This document shows, piece after piece, positions 31,338 to 39,623 of a stretch of 41,366 nucleotides of DNA. The position numbers and the translations under genes were made by a program. Source of the stretch: Patescibacteria group bacterium (lineage in GTDB: Bacteria > Patescibacteriota > Minisyncoccia > UBA9983); the NCBI GenBank assembly GCA_038063695.1, contig JBBTUP010000015.1:1-41366 (forward strand), read 5' to 3'. The notes under the pieces were generated by a model. The model had not been told where the DNA came from. It was given only the letters and a program-made list of their open reading frames with translations, and did not search any database. The first letter of the stretch is position 1, and every line of letters starts with the position of its first letter.

Positions 31338-33536
31338 ATGCGTTTAAAGCGTCTAGAACTATCCGGTTTTAAGTCATTTGCCAAGCCTATAAAGCTTGAG
31401 TTTTCCGTTCCTATTTCCGCCATAGTGGGACCTAATGGCTCAGGCAAGTCCAATGTGGCAGAAGCAATGAGATGGGTTTTAGGCGAGCAATCAATGAAAA
31501 GTTTGCGTGGTAAAAAGGGAGAAGACCTTATTTTTAACGGTTCGCAAACAGCTCCACGCCTTGGCAAGGCCTCGGTCTCCTTGATTTTTGATAATAGAAA
31601 GAAAATTCTGCCTATTGATTACGACGAGGTTTCTATAACAAGAAAGATTTTTAGAGACGGCATTAATGATTATTATATAAATAATTCGCAAGTGAGATTA
31701 AAAGATATTGTGGAATTATTAAGCAGGGTCGGCTTGGGTACTTCCAGTCATCATATTATAAGCCAGGGCGAGGCAGACAGGATACTCAATGCCTCTATGG
31801 TTGAAAGGCGTCAGATGATAGAGGATGCGCTTGGCCTTAAAATTTATCAACTGAAGAAATCAGAAGCAGAGAGGAAACTAGAGAGAACAAAAGAGAATAT
31901 GAATCAAGTGGAGGCTTTAAGAAAAGAAATCCAGCCGCATCTGAAATTTTTAAAAAAGCAGGTGGTTAAGGCGGAGGAATTTTCAGGCCTGAGAGAGAAT
32001 CTGAAGAATTTTTATATCGAATATTTTTCTAATGAGTCCCATTATTTAAAAAAAGAGGAGGACAAGATAAAGAAAGATAAAAATGAGACAGAGAAAGAAT
32101 TTTTAAAAATCAAAAAAGAATTTTCAGATAAGCCGGAAGATTCTAGGTCAGTGAAATTAAAAAATGATATTTTTGAGCAGAAAAAAGAAATTTCTGACAA
32201 AGAAAAAAATATAAATGATTTGCGTATCAGTCGTAATTCTGTGGAAAGGGAATTGGGCCGGCTTGAGGGTATGATAGAGGCAGTGGAAATAAGGGAGAAA
32301 GAAGTTGGTAATGAGACAGTTCCAGTAAAAGATGTAAAGAATTTTATAAAAAACATAGATGAGCAGATTGAAATAGCCCTAAACGATTCGGGAAAAACAA
32401 AAGACTTACTTGTTAAAATAAGAAATATTATAAGAGAATTTGTATCTACATTAAAGACAGGAGTGGTGATTTCTTCTTCTGAAATTATTAATTTAAAAAA
32501 GAAGCAAAAGGAAACGAACGATTTGCTTGATAAGATCGAAAAACAGGAATCAGATTTACTCAAATCTTACGAAGAATTAAAAAAATATATAAACAATAAA
32601 GAACAGGAGATGCATGCTTTAGAAAAAGAAAGATTTGAAATGGAAGTTCGGCTTAAAGAATTAAGTGGAATTACGGATAATTATAAGATTAAGGAAGAAA
32701 ATATAAAGAATTTAAAAGATGAGTTGTATAAGGAAGAGCGAGAAGCAAGGATTTTGACAGGATACTTTGATGAAAAAAGCAATTTTCCAATAGACGAAAA
32801 TCTCTGGCCAGGAGAAAGAATCAGAATAAGAAGAGAAACTGAGCGCTTAAAAATTAAAATAGAGGATTCAGGCGGAGTGGGAGACGATACTATAAAAGAA
32901 TATGAGGAAGTGAGAAAAAGAGATGAATTTTTTGAAAAAGAATTAATTGATTTAGACCAAGCCATAAAATCTTTGAAAGGCCTATTAGAAGAACTTGAAG
33001 AAAAAATTAACCATGATTTTAGGGTGGGATTGGAGAAGATAAATAAGGAATTCCAGAATTTCTTTTTTGCAATGTTCGGCGGAGGAAAGGCGGAATTAAT
33101 AAAGGTCGCTCCGAAAAAGAAGTTAAGACAAGACGAGGAAACCGGAGTAGAGGAATTAAAAATAGAAGATTTAGAAAGAGAGGAAGGCGTAGATGTTTGT
33201 GTAAATCTGCCTAAAAAAAGAATCCATTCTTTGGATATGCTTTCAGGAGGAGAAAGGGCGCTTACGTCCATTGCACTTCTTTTTGCCATGTCTCAGGTTA
33301 ATCCGCCTCCATTCTTGATTTTAGACGAAACAGACGCCGCTTTGGATGAGGCGAATTCCAAAAAATACGGCCAGATGCTCGTGGATCTCAGCAAGCATAC
33401 TCAACTTGTCTTGATAACTCACAACAGGGAGACAATGAAACAGGCAGAAATTTTATACGGCGTGACAATGGGTTCAGACAGTATTTCAAAACTGCTTTCA
33501 ATAAAATTTACAGAAGCAGAGCAATATACTAGCTAA
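31338..33536 (+). CDS. smc: SMC-family ATPase, short (732 aa), no recognisable hinge
   Basis: GFKSFA, Walker A GPNGSGKSN, signature LSGGERALTSIALLFA, Walker B FLILDETDAALD. About 430 aa of Lys/Glu-rich coiled coil lies between the heads. Confidence 0.85.
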   Translation: MRLKRLELSGFKSFAKPIKLEFSVPISAIVGPNGSGKSNVAEAMRWVLGEQSMKSLRGKKGEDLIFNGSQTAPRLGKASVSLIFDNRKKILPIDYDEVSITRKIFRDGINDYYINNSQVRLKDIVELLSRVGLGTSSHHIISQGEADRILNASMVERRQMIEDALGLKIYQLKKSEAERKLERTKENMNQVEALRKEIQPHLKFLKKQVVKAEEFSGLRENLKNFYIEYFSNESHYLKKEEDKIKKDKNETEKEFLKIKKEFSDKPEDSRSVKLKNDIFEQKKEISDKEKNINDLRISRNSVERELGRLEGMIEAVEIREKEVGNETVPVKDVKNFIKNIDEQIEIALNDSGKTKDLLVKIRNIIREFVSTLKTGVVISSSEIINLKKKQKETNDLLDKIEKQESDLLKSYEELKKYINNKEQEMHALEKERFEMEVRLKELSGITDNYKIKEENIKNLKDELYKEEREARILTGYFDEKSNFPIDENLWPGERIRIRRETERLKIKIEDSGGVGDDTIKEYEEVRKRDEFFEKELIDLDQAIKSLKGLLEELEEKINHDFRVGLEKINKEFQNFFFAMFGGGKAELIKVAPKKKLRQDEETGVEELKIEDLEREEGVDVCVNLPKKRIHSLDMLSGGERALTSIALLFAMSQVNPPPFLILDETDAALDEANSKKYGQMLVDLSKHTQLVLITHNRETMKQAEILYGVTMGSDSISKLLSIKFTEAEQYTS

Positions 33537-33577
33537 AGTTTGCATATTTTTTATTGTTTTGTTAATATTCATAAACA

Positions 33578-33913
33578 ATGTTAATGATAAGATTACAACG
33601 AGTTGGGAAAAAGCACGATCCGAGTTTTCGGGTCGTTTTAACTGATTCCAGAAACGCGCCAAGAAGTGGTTCGTTTATAGAAATTCTTGGTAATTATAAC
33701 GCGCAAAGAGGAGAGCCGAAATTCAACGCAGAAAAAATAAAGCAATGGATTTCCAAGGGCGCAAAACTTTCTGACACTGTGCACAATCTTTTGGTTAAGG
33801 AAAAAATAATTGAAGGCAAAAAGCGCGATGTCTTGCATCATACCAAAATCAAAAAAGCCAAAGAAAAGAAAAGTGGTGAAAAATCTAATGAAACCAAAGT
33901 TCCTTCAGTTTAA
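33578..33913 (+). CDS. rpsP: Ribosomal protein S16
   Basis: MIRLQRVGKKHDPSFRVVLTDSR. ATG 33584 is an alternative start; TTGCAT-17-TAATAT lies upstream. Confidence 0.92.
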   Translation: MLMIRLQRVGKKHDPSFRVVLTDSRNAPRSGSFIEILGNYNAQRGEPKFNAEKIKQWISKGAKLSDTVHNLLVKEKIIEGKKRDVLHHTKIKKAKEKKSGEKSNETKVPSV

Positions 33914-34514
33914 TTGCATAGAAGGTAAAAAAATTGATTTAAGACAAGCAAATGCTGTGTTAAGGCACAAACCAGATATTATTATTTTGGAATATCCTAA
34001 TAATAATTATCCTTTAAAATCAATAGAAAAAACTCCTAGTTATTTATTGAAAAAAGAAAATATTGAAATCATGCCTTGGATTAGATCAGATATTAGAATG
34101 TGGAAGAATGTGGATGAATTAAAGAAGAACGGGCATAACATACTTGTTTATAAAATAGATGCTCCTAATGATTTAACTAACTCCTTTTTTAATGTGTGGC
34201 GGCATATGTATCCTTGTGCTTTGAAAAATTGGCTTTGGTGGGTGCAGATATATCTGCGTGAAAAATATATGACTAGAAATATAAAATGGATTTTGAAGAA
34301 TTATAAAATTAAGAAAAACCCGACTATCCTGATTTTTCTCCAGTCATTCCACTGGGACCATGTTAAATTTTTATTAAAAAAATCATCATTTGAAAAAACA
34401 TGGAAATATTATTTTGGCAAGTTTTTTGAAATTAATCCGCGTAATATTGCTAAAAAAATAAGAGCGGAAAATAAAATTTTCTATAAACACTGGAAGAAAA
34501 TTTCAGATTTTTAA
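33888..34514 (+). CDS. Hypothetical Trp/Lys-rich protein
   Basis: Start taken at ATG 33888 (MKPKFLQFN), which overlaps the rpsP end by 26 nt. I recognise no family. Confidence 0.5.
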   Translation: MKPKFLQFNCIEGKKIDLRQANAVLRHKPDIIILEYPNNNYPLKSIEKTPSYLLKKENIEIMPWIRSDIRMWKNVDELKKNGHNILVYKIDAPNDLTNSFFNVWRHMYPCALKNWLWWVQIYLREKYMTRNIKWILKNYKIKKNPTILIFLQSFHWDHVKFLLKKSSFEKTWKYYFGKFFEINPRNIAKKIRAENKIFYKHWKKISDF

Positions 34515-34517
34515 TAT

Positions 34518-34546
34518 TTGACAAAATATATAATTATTGCTATAAT
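34518..34546 (+). promoter_or_regulatory. Consensus promoter TTGACA-17-TATAAT with the ATG 7 nt downstream (leaderless)
   Basis: Exact hexamers and spacing read directly. Confidence 0.7.
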
Positions 34547-34553
34547 ATAATAA

Positions 34554-35489
34554 ATGACAATAGAAGAAAGTGATATTAATGAATTAAATAAAGATTTAGA
34601 GGTAAATACAGACATTAAACAAGAAAAAACTGTTGAAAGTTTTGAATCTGGGGAAGAAAAAACAAATGAAGAGTTAAGAATAAAAGAAGAAAATATGATA
34701 GCAATGGGAAAAATTTCCCAAAATGAAATTAAGGAAAATGAACCAATAAATCTCAATAGATTAGTAAGATTAGAGGATGGAGTAATAATGGATTATGATT
34801 GCGATAAAAACCCTTTATTATTAAGAAACGAGGAATTAAATATAAATTATAATCTCAATGGTGTAAAAGAGGATATTTGTTCTAGATTAACATCAAATCC
34901 AGAAGATCCTTCCAAGGATAAATTTTTTAGTGTTCTTGACGGGAAATTATTTGTTTATGACGGAAAATACAGGGATAAATTATTGAACGAAGCCATTAAA
35001 AATAAGCCTGAGAGGTTGGAAGATTTAAAAAAGCAGATAGAATTAGCCAAGTCTTCTGGAAATCCGCTTCCTGAATCGCTTCAGTATATTGAAGACAGAT
35101 TTTTTAAGGATAAAAAAGTCGGTGAGGAAAAAATTACTGATAAATCTAAAGAGATTGTAGAAGAATTTAGTGATGAGCAAAAGAAAATTATTGAAGATTT
35201 TGATAAAATGTTAGAAATTTATCCGAATGTTGATTTATTGACAGACGAAGAAAAGCAGGAATTAAGAGACAAGTTATCAAGTAATGTAAGAAAGTTTAAT
35301 GATGAAGATGCAATCGAAATGCTATTAGCAAAGAATAATCTTGAGCTAATAAAAAAAGTAAAAGAGAAAAGAAAATCTGACAATGCAGAAGATAAAGAAA
35401 AAGAAATTGTCTCAAAATGTGCAAAATGCGGAAGTAATAATTTGCCCAATTATAATTTCTGTGTGCAGTGCGGAAATAAATTGAAATAA
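34554..35489 (+). CDS. Hypothetical acidic protein with a C-terminal zinc ribbon
   Basis: CAKCG...CVQCG at the C-terminus; Glu/Lys-rich body. Confidence 0.55.
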   Translation: MTIEESDINELNKDLEVNTDIKQEKTVESFESGEEKTNEELRIKEENMIAMGKISQNEIKENEPINLNRLVRLEDGVIMDYDCDKNPLLLRNEELNINYNLNGVKEDICSRLTSNPEDPSKDKFFSVLDGKLFVYDGKYRDKLLNEAIKNKPERLEDLKKQIELAKSSGNPLPESLQYIEDRFFKDKKVGEEKITDKSKEIVEEFSDEQKKIIEDFDKMLEIYPNVDLLTDEEKQELRDKLSSNVRKFNDEDAIEMLLAKNNLELIKKVKEKRKSDNAEDKEKEIVSKCAKCGSNNLPNYNFCVQCGNKLK

Positions 35490-35499
35490 TTATTTGTTA

Positions 35500-35527
35500 T
35501 TGACAAAAGAAGAAAAAAGTATATAAT
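35500..35527 (+). promoter_or_regulatory. Promoter TTGACA-16-TATAAT upstream of the KH-domain gene
   Basis: Exact hexamers. Followed by the leader hairpin AGCAGT...ACTGCT (35540..35565). Confidence 0.65.
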
Positions 35528-35597
35528 AGAAGAAATACTAGCAGTCAGGACGGTCGAAAACTGCTGAAATTATAGGTTAAACTAAAAATTCGGTAAA

Positions 35598-35900
35598 ATG
35601 GCTGAAAAAGATAAAGAGTTTCTAGAGTATCTCGTGAAGGCCCTGGTTGATACCCCGAGCGCGGTAAAGATTGACCGAAAAGTCGATGAGATGGGAGTCC
35701 TCATGACTTTGAAGGTTGATCCTGCTGACATGGGCAAAATCATTGGCCGAAGCGGAAACACTGCTAAAGCTATCCGAACTCTTTTAAGAGTCGTTGGCAT
35801 GAAAAACAATGCCCGCGTCAACTTGAAGATTGACGAGCCAGAAGGCAGCACAAGATCAGTAAAAAGCGTAGATGAAGCAATGGCTGATTTGAAAATATAA
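35598..35900 (+). CDS. KH-domain RNA-binding protein (YlqC/UPF0109-like)
   Basis: LVKALVDTPSAVKI and GKIIGRSGNTAKAIRTLL (GxxG KH loop). Its position between rpsP and trmD is conserved. Confidence 0.85.
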   Translation: MAEKDKEFLEYLVKALVDTPSAVKIDRKVDEMGVLMTLKVDPADMGKIIGRSGNTAKAIRTLLRVVGMKNNARVNLKIDEPEGSTRSVKSVDEAMADLKI

Positions 35901-35903
35901 TTA

Positions 35904-35943
35904 AACACTCGGTGTCTCACAATTTTGTGCGACACCGAGTGTT
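35904..35943. repeat. Long near-perfect palindrome AACACTCGGTGTC(T)CACAA-TT-TTGTG(C)GACACCGAGTGTT
   Basis: 18 of 19 positions pair. No clear T-run follows. Lies in the KH-trmD spacer. Confidence 0.8.
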
Positions 35944-35951
35944 GGTTTAGG

Positions 35952-35985
35952 GAAAAACCATGCTAAAATAAAGGCATGGTTTTTC
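35952..35985 (+). promoter_or_regulatory. Perfect 12-bp hairpin GAAAAACCATGC...GCATGGTTTTTC whose 3' arm contains the trmD start codon
   Basis: Arms at 35952..35963 and 35974..35985; ATG at 35976. Confidence 0.6.
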
Positions 35986-36641
35986 ATTTGATCACAATTT
36001 TTTCAGAATCTATTAAAAACTATTTTGACAGTTCTATTTTAATGCGCGCCCAAAAAAATAAACTTATAAAAATAAAATTTCACAATCCGCGCGATTTTGC
36101 AAAAGATAAACATAAAAAAATTGATGATAAACCGTTCGGTGGAGGACCGGGAATGGTGCTCAAAATTGAACCTATAATAAAAATTATCGGTTCAATTTTA
36201 AAAATCAAAAATCAAAAATCAAAAATCAAAATTATTGTATTATCTCCGGCTGGCAAGCAATTTACGCAAAAAATGGCGCGCGAATGGGCCAAGAAATACA
36301 AAGAAATAGTTTTAATTTCAGGCCATTATGAAGGTATAGACGCAAGAGTAAAGACCGCGTTACGCATTACGGGTTACGCGTTGCAAGAGATATCCATTGG
36401 CCCGTATGTTTTGACGGGCGGAGAATTGCCGTCAGCTGTTATTGTTGACGCTGTTTCTCGCCAGATTCCCGGAGTACTCGGCAAAAAAGAATCGCTGGAA
36501 GATGAGAGAGGAATCGGGATCCCGGTTTATACTAGGCCGGAGATTTTTGAATACAGAGGCAAAAAATATAAAGCGCCGAAAGTTTTATTATCAGGGAATC
36601 ATAAAAAAATATATGAATGGAGAAAAAAATATGCAAAATAA
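35976..36641 (+). CDS. trmD: tRNA (guanine37-N1)-methyltransferase
   Basis: DDKPFGGGPGMVL, GHYEGIDARV, ISIGPYVLTGGELPS. Confidence 0.94.
   Translation: MVFHLITIFSESIKNYFDSSILMRAQKNKLIKIKFHNPRDFAKDKHKKIDDKPFGGGPGMVLKIEPIIKIIGSILKIKNQKSKIKIIVLSPAGKQFTQKMAREWAKKYKEIVLISGHYEGIDARVKTALRITGYALQEISIGPYVLTGGELPSAVIVDAVSRQIPGVLGKKESLEDERGIGIPVYTRPEIFEYRGKKYKAPKVLLSGNHKKIYEWRKKYAK
36199..36232 (+). repeat. AAAAATC x4 microsatellite in trmD (codes KIKNQKSKIKI)
   Basis: Read directly; near-identical to the tract in rnhB. Confidence 0.8.
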
Positions 36642-37746
36642 TTTAAAATTTCCAAAAGATTTTTTGTGGGGGGCGGCGACTTCTGCTTACCAAGTAGAAG
36701 GAGGAATTGATAATTGCGATTGGGCGAAAATTTTTCCGGCGGGAAAAGCGTGCGATCATTACAATAGATTTGAGGAAGATTTTGATATTGCGAAATCCCT
36801 AGGCCATAATGCGCACAGATTTTCTATTGAATGGTCGCGCATTGAGCCGGAGGAAGGAAAATTTAGTAAAAAAGAAATTGAGCATTACAGGCAAGTTATA
36901 AGAGTTTTACGCGAAAAAGGGATTGAGCCGTTTGTCACTTTATGGCATTGGACATTGCCTTTATGGATACGCGATATTGGTGGCTGGGAGAATAAAGATA
37001 CAGCGGAACATTTTTTGAAATATGTTTTTAGAATCACACATGCTCTAGAAGATGTGCGTTTTTGGATAACCTTGAATGAACCGGAGATATACGCGAGCAA
37101 CTCGTATCTTAAGGGGATTTGGCCACCGCAGAAGATAAATCCAATCGCTTATTTTAAAGTAATAAATAATTTAATCAAGGCCCATAAAAAATCATACAAG
37201 ATTATTAAGGCGATTAATCCAGATGAACATATTGGTGTTGCCAAAAATAATATTTATTTTGAAGGATGGCAATTTTTTCTTATTGATTGGTTTTGGAATA
37301 AATATTTTTTAAATAAAATAAAAGATTATCATGATTTTATAGGCTTGAATTATTATTTTCATCGCCGTTTTCCAAAAAATAAAAATGAAATAGTTTCAGA
37401 TATGGACTGGGAGATTTATCCTGAAGGAATATACCATGTTTTAAAAAATTTGAAAAAATATAGCAAGCCAATTTATATAACTGAAAACGGTTTGGCGGAC
37501 GCCAAAGACGAAAAACGCACCATCTTTATAAAAGAACATTTGCGTTGGGTTCATAAGGCGATTGAAGAAGGAGTTGATGCGAAAGGATATCTTCACTGGT
37601 CGCTTTTGGACAATTTTGAATGGGACAAAGGTTTTTGGCCGAGATTCGGGTTAGTTGAGATGGATTATCAAACAATGGAGCGAAAAATTCGTCCGAGCGC
37701 TCTGGAATATAAAAAAATTATTGAAAATAATGGTATAATTGAATAG
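36631..37746 (+). CDS. Glycoside hydrolase family 1 (beta-glucosidase-like), short form
   Basis: FLWGAATSAYQVEGG, acid/base TLNEP, nucleophile YITENG. ATG 36631 is preferred over the track's 36442 extension inside trmD. Confidence 0.85.
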   Translation: MQNNLKFPKDFLWGAATSAYQVEGGIDNCDWAKIFPAGKACDHYNRFEEDFDIAKSLGHNAHRFSIEWSRIEPEEGKFSKKEIEHYRQVIRVLREKGIEPFVTLWHWTLPLWIRDIGGWENKDTAEHFLKYVFRITHALEDVRFWITLNEPEIYASNSYLKGIWPPQKINPIAYFKVINNLIKAHKKSYKIIKAINPDEHIGVAKNNIYFEGWQFFLIDWFWNKYFLNKIKDYHDFIGLNYYFHRRFPKNKNEIVSDMDWEIYPEGIYHVLKNLKKYSKPIYITENGLADAKDEKRTIFIKEHLRWVHKAIEEGVDAKGYLHWSLLDNFEWDKGFWPRFGLVEMDYQTMERKIRPSALEYKKIIENNGIIE

Positions 37747-39570
37747 ATGCTTTGGTTGGCGATTGCCCTTGGGGCGCAGATAATTTTAGGCACTTCGGCT
37801 GTTTTTGACAAATCTCTTCTTAAGAGAAAATTTTTTGACCCGTTTGTTTATACTTTTTGGGTTGGCATTTTTGGAGCATTTGTAATTTTTTTTCTGCCGT
37901 TTGGCATTAAGGCAGTTCCTTTGTCTGTTATAAGCGTTGCTTTTTTAACAGGAGCAATATTTATAATCTCCATGTTTTTTCTTTACCTTTCTTTGGACAA
38001 GGGCGAAGCGTCAAAGACTTTGCCTTTTATCGGCGCTTTTTCTCCCATATTTACTTTGCTTATTAGTTATTTTTTGATAACCAGTAATTTTGATTTAGTT
38101 GATGCCGTAGGATTTTTTCTGCTCATTGCCGGCGGTTTTGTTTTTTTTCTAATAGAACACAAAGAGATTCGTACGAAGTTAATATTATATGCTATTTTAA
38201 GCGCTTTATTTCTCGGACTTTCCAATGTCTTGACAAAATTTGTTTTTGAAAGGACTAATTTTATAACCGGTTTTTTTTGGATCAAAATTGGAGGTGTTAT
38301 TTTTGTCTTGTTTTTACTGGTATTGCCGAGTTTGCGTAAAAATATTTTTCATTCGCACAGAAAAAGTAGCATTTCCCACAAATATCTTTATTTCGGTAAT
38401 AGAGTGTATGCCGGCTTGGGTTCAATTTTAATTTATGGCGCCATCAAACTCGCGCATCCGGCTCTTGTGGAGTCAACCCAGAGTTTTAAATACGCTGTCA
38501 TATTTATTGCCTCATGGATTTTGTTAAAAGAGCATTTTAAGGGAAAAATTTTAATCGGCAAGATTATGGCAACTATTCTTATAATTTTAGGTCTTACATG
38601 GTTAGGTTTGGCTAATTACTTTGTACAAAGCGTAAATCCAGATAGGGATATTATTTGGGGCGTTACATTTTCCAATAAAGCGAGTGAGGGTTTTGGTATT
38701 GATTGGAAAAAAAATTATGAGGCGATTCTGACGGACTTGCATCCCAAGAGGGTGCGTCTTGTGGCATACTGGGAGGATATAGAAAAAAATCAAGGGAGTT
38801 TTGATTTTTCTGATTTGGATTGGCAGATAAATAAATCTTTGGAAAATAATACTCAGGTTGTGCTTGCCTTAGGTATGAAAGCGCCACGCTGGCCTGAGTG
38901 CCATATTCCGGAGTGGGCGAAAAATATTGCGACTGGAGACAGAGAAAATGCTTTAAGAGGTTACATTTTTAAAACTATTGAACGTTATAAAAATAATCCC
39001 TCAATAGTGATGTGGCAGGTGGAGAATGAGCCTTATCTTGCTTTTGGCGAATGTCCGGAAAGAGGAAGTAATTTTCTTGAAGAGGAAATAAAAATCGTGA
39101 AGGGATTAGATAGGAGCAGACCGATATTGACTACAGACGGAGGAGAGTTTGGTTTGTGGTACAAAGCAGCCCGCAAGGGAGATATTTTTGGCACTACTAT
39201 GTATAGAAAAGTTTATTCAAACAATTTAAATAAACTCTTTGGCCTTGGTGTTTTTGAGTATCCTCTCAATCCCTCTTTTTTTCATTTTAAGAGAAAATTG
39301 ACCCGCTTTATCATAAAAGATTATAATAAGCCCTTTTTGGTTTCTGAATTGCAGGCAGAACCATGGGCCGCTGTTGATTTTAGAAGCCTTTCTGTTGAGG
39401 AGCAGTTTAAAGTTTTTGGGCCGGAATACTTTAAAGAAACAATAGAATACGCCCAAAAAACCGGTTTTAACGAGTACTATTTATGGGGCGCGGAATGGTG
39501 GTATTGGCTTAAAGAAAAGGAAAACGAGCCCATAATGTGGGAGGAGGCGAAAAAACTATTTCAGGACTGA
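37747..39570 (+). CDS. Fusion protein: N-terminal EamA/DMT-like 10-TM domain plus C-terminal clan GH-A glycoside hydrolase domain
   Basis: About 295 aa of TM helices, then a (beta/alpha)8-like domain with WQVENEP (acid/base) and a candidate nucleophile in VSELQAEPW. Confidence 0.6.
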   Translation: MLWLAIALGAQIILGTSAVFDKSLLKRKFFDPFVYTFWVGIFGAFVIFFLPFGIKAVPLSVISVAFLTGAIFIISMFFLYLSLDKGEASKTLPFIGAFSPIFTLLISYFLITSNFDLVDAVGFFLLIAGGFVFFLIEHKEIRTKLILYAILSALFLGLSNVLTKFVFERTNFITGFFWIKIGGVIFVLFLLVLPSLRKNIFHSHRKSSISHKYLYFGNRVYAGLGSILIYGAIKLAHPALVESTQSFKYAVIFIASWILLKEHFKGKILIGKIMATILIILGLTWLGLANYFVQSVNPDRDIIWGVTFSNKASEGFGIDWKKNYEAILTDLHPKRVRLVAYWEDIEKNQGSFDFSDLDWQINKSLENNTQVVLALGMKAPRWPECHIPEWAKNIATGDRENALRGYIFKTIERYKNNPSIVMWQVENEPYLAFGECPERGSNFLEEEIKIVKGLDRSRPILTTDGGEFGLWYKAARKGDIFGTTMYRKVYSNNLNKLFGLGVFEYPLNPSFFHFKRKLTRFIIKDYNKPFLVSELQAEPWAAVDFRSLSVEEQFKVFGPEYFKETIEYAQKTGFNEYYLWGAEWWYWLKEKENEPIMWEEAKKLFQD

Positions 39571-39573
39571 TTT

Positions 39574-39582
39574 TTATCCACA
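39574..39582 (+). promoter_or_regulatory. Perfect DnaA-box 9-mer TTATCCACA
   Basis: Exact consensus match, 4 nt after the stop of the upstream gene. Confidence 0.3.
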
Positions 39583-39623
39583 GAATCTTGCTTAATTACG
39601 ATAATTGGATTAAAATAGGAATA

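Noticed and set aside
32042-33289. Long antisense ORFs inside smc (173 and 202 aa), plus similar ones inside gyrA (6014..6505), pth (865..1332), infB (14479..14955), dnaE (several) and DUF4446 (15731..16075)
   Set aside because: They are Ser/Phe/Leu/Ile-rich low-complexity translations of the complement of Lys/Glu-rich genes. They have no start context or motifs and are fully contained in well-supported genes.
33810-33887. Upstream extensions of ORFs 33810..34514 and 39537..39953, and the TTG starts at 16099 and 28175
   Set aside because: The extensions overlap the preceding conserved genes (rpsP and the GH fusion) or include the promoter -10 box. Internal ATGs with better context were chosen instead.
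36442-36630. N-terminal 63-aa extension of the GH1 ORF (track start 36442)
   Set aside because: The extension lies entirely inside trmD in another frame and has no GH1 similarity. The conserved GH1 N-terminus (FPKDFLWGAATSAYQVEGG) begins right after ATG 36631.
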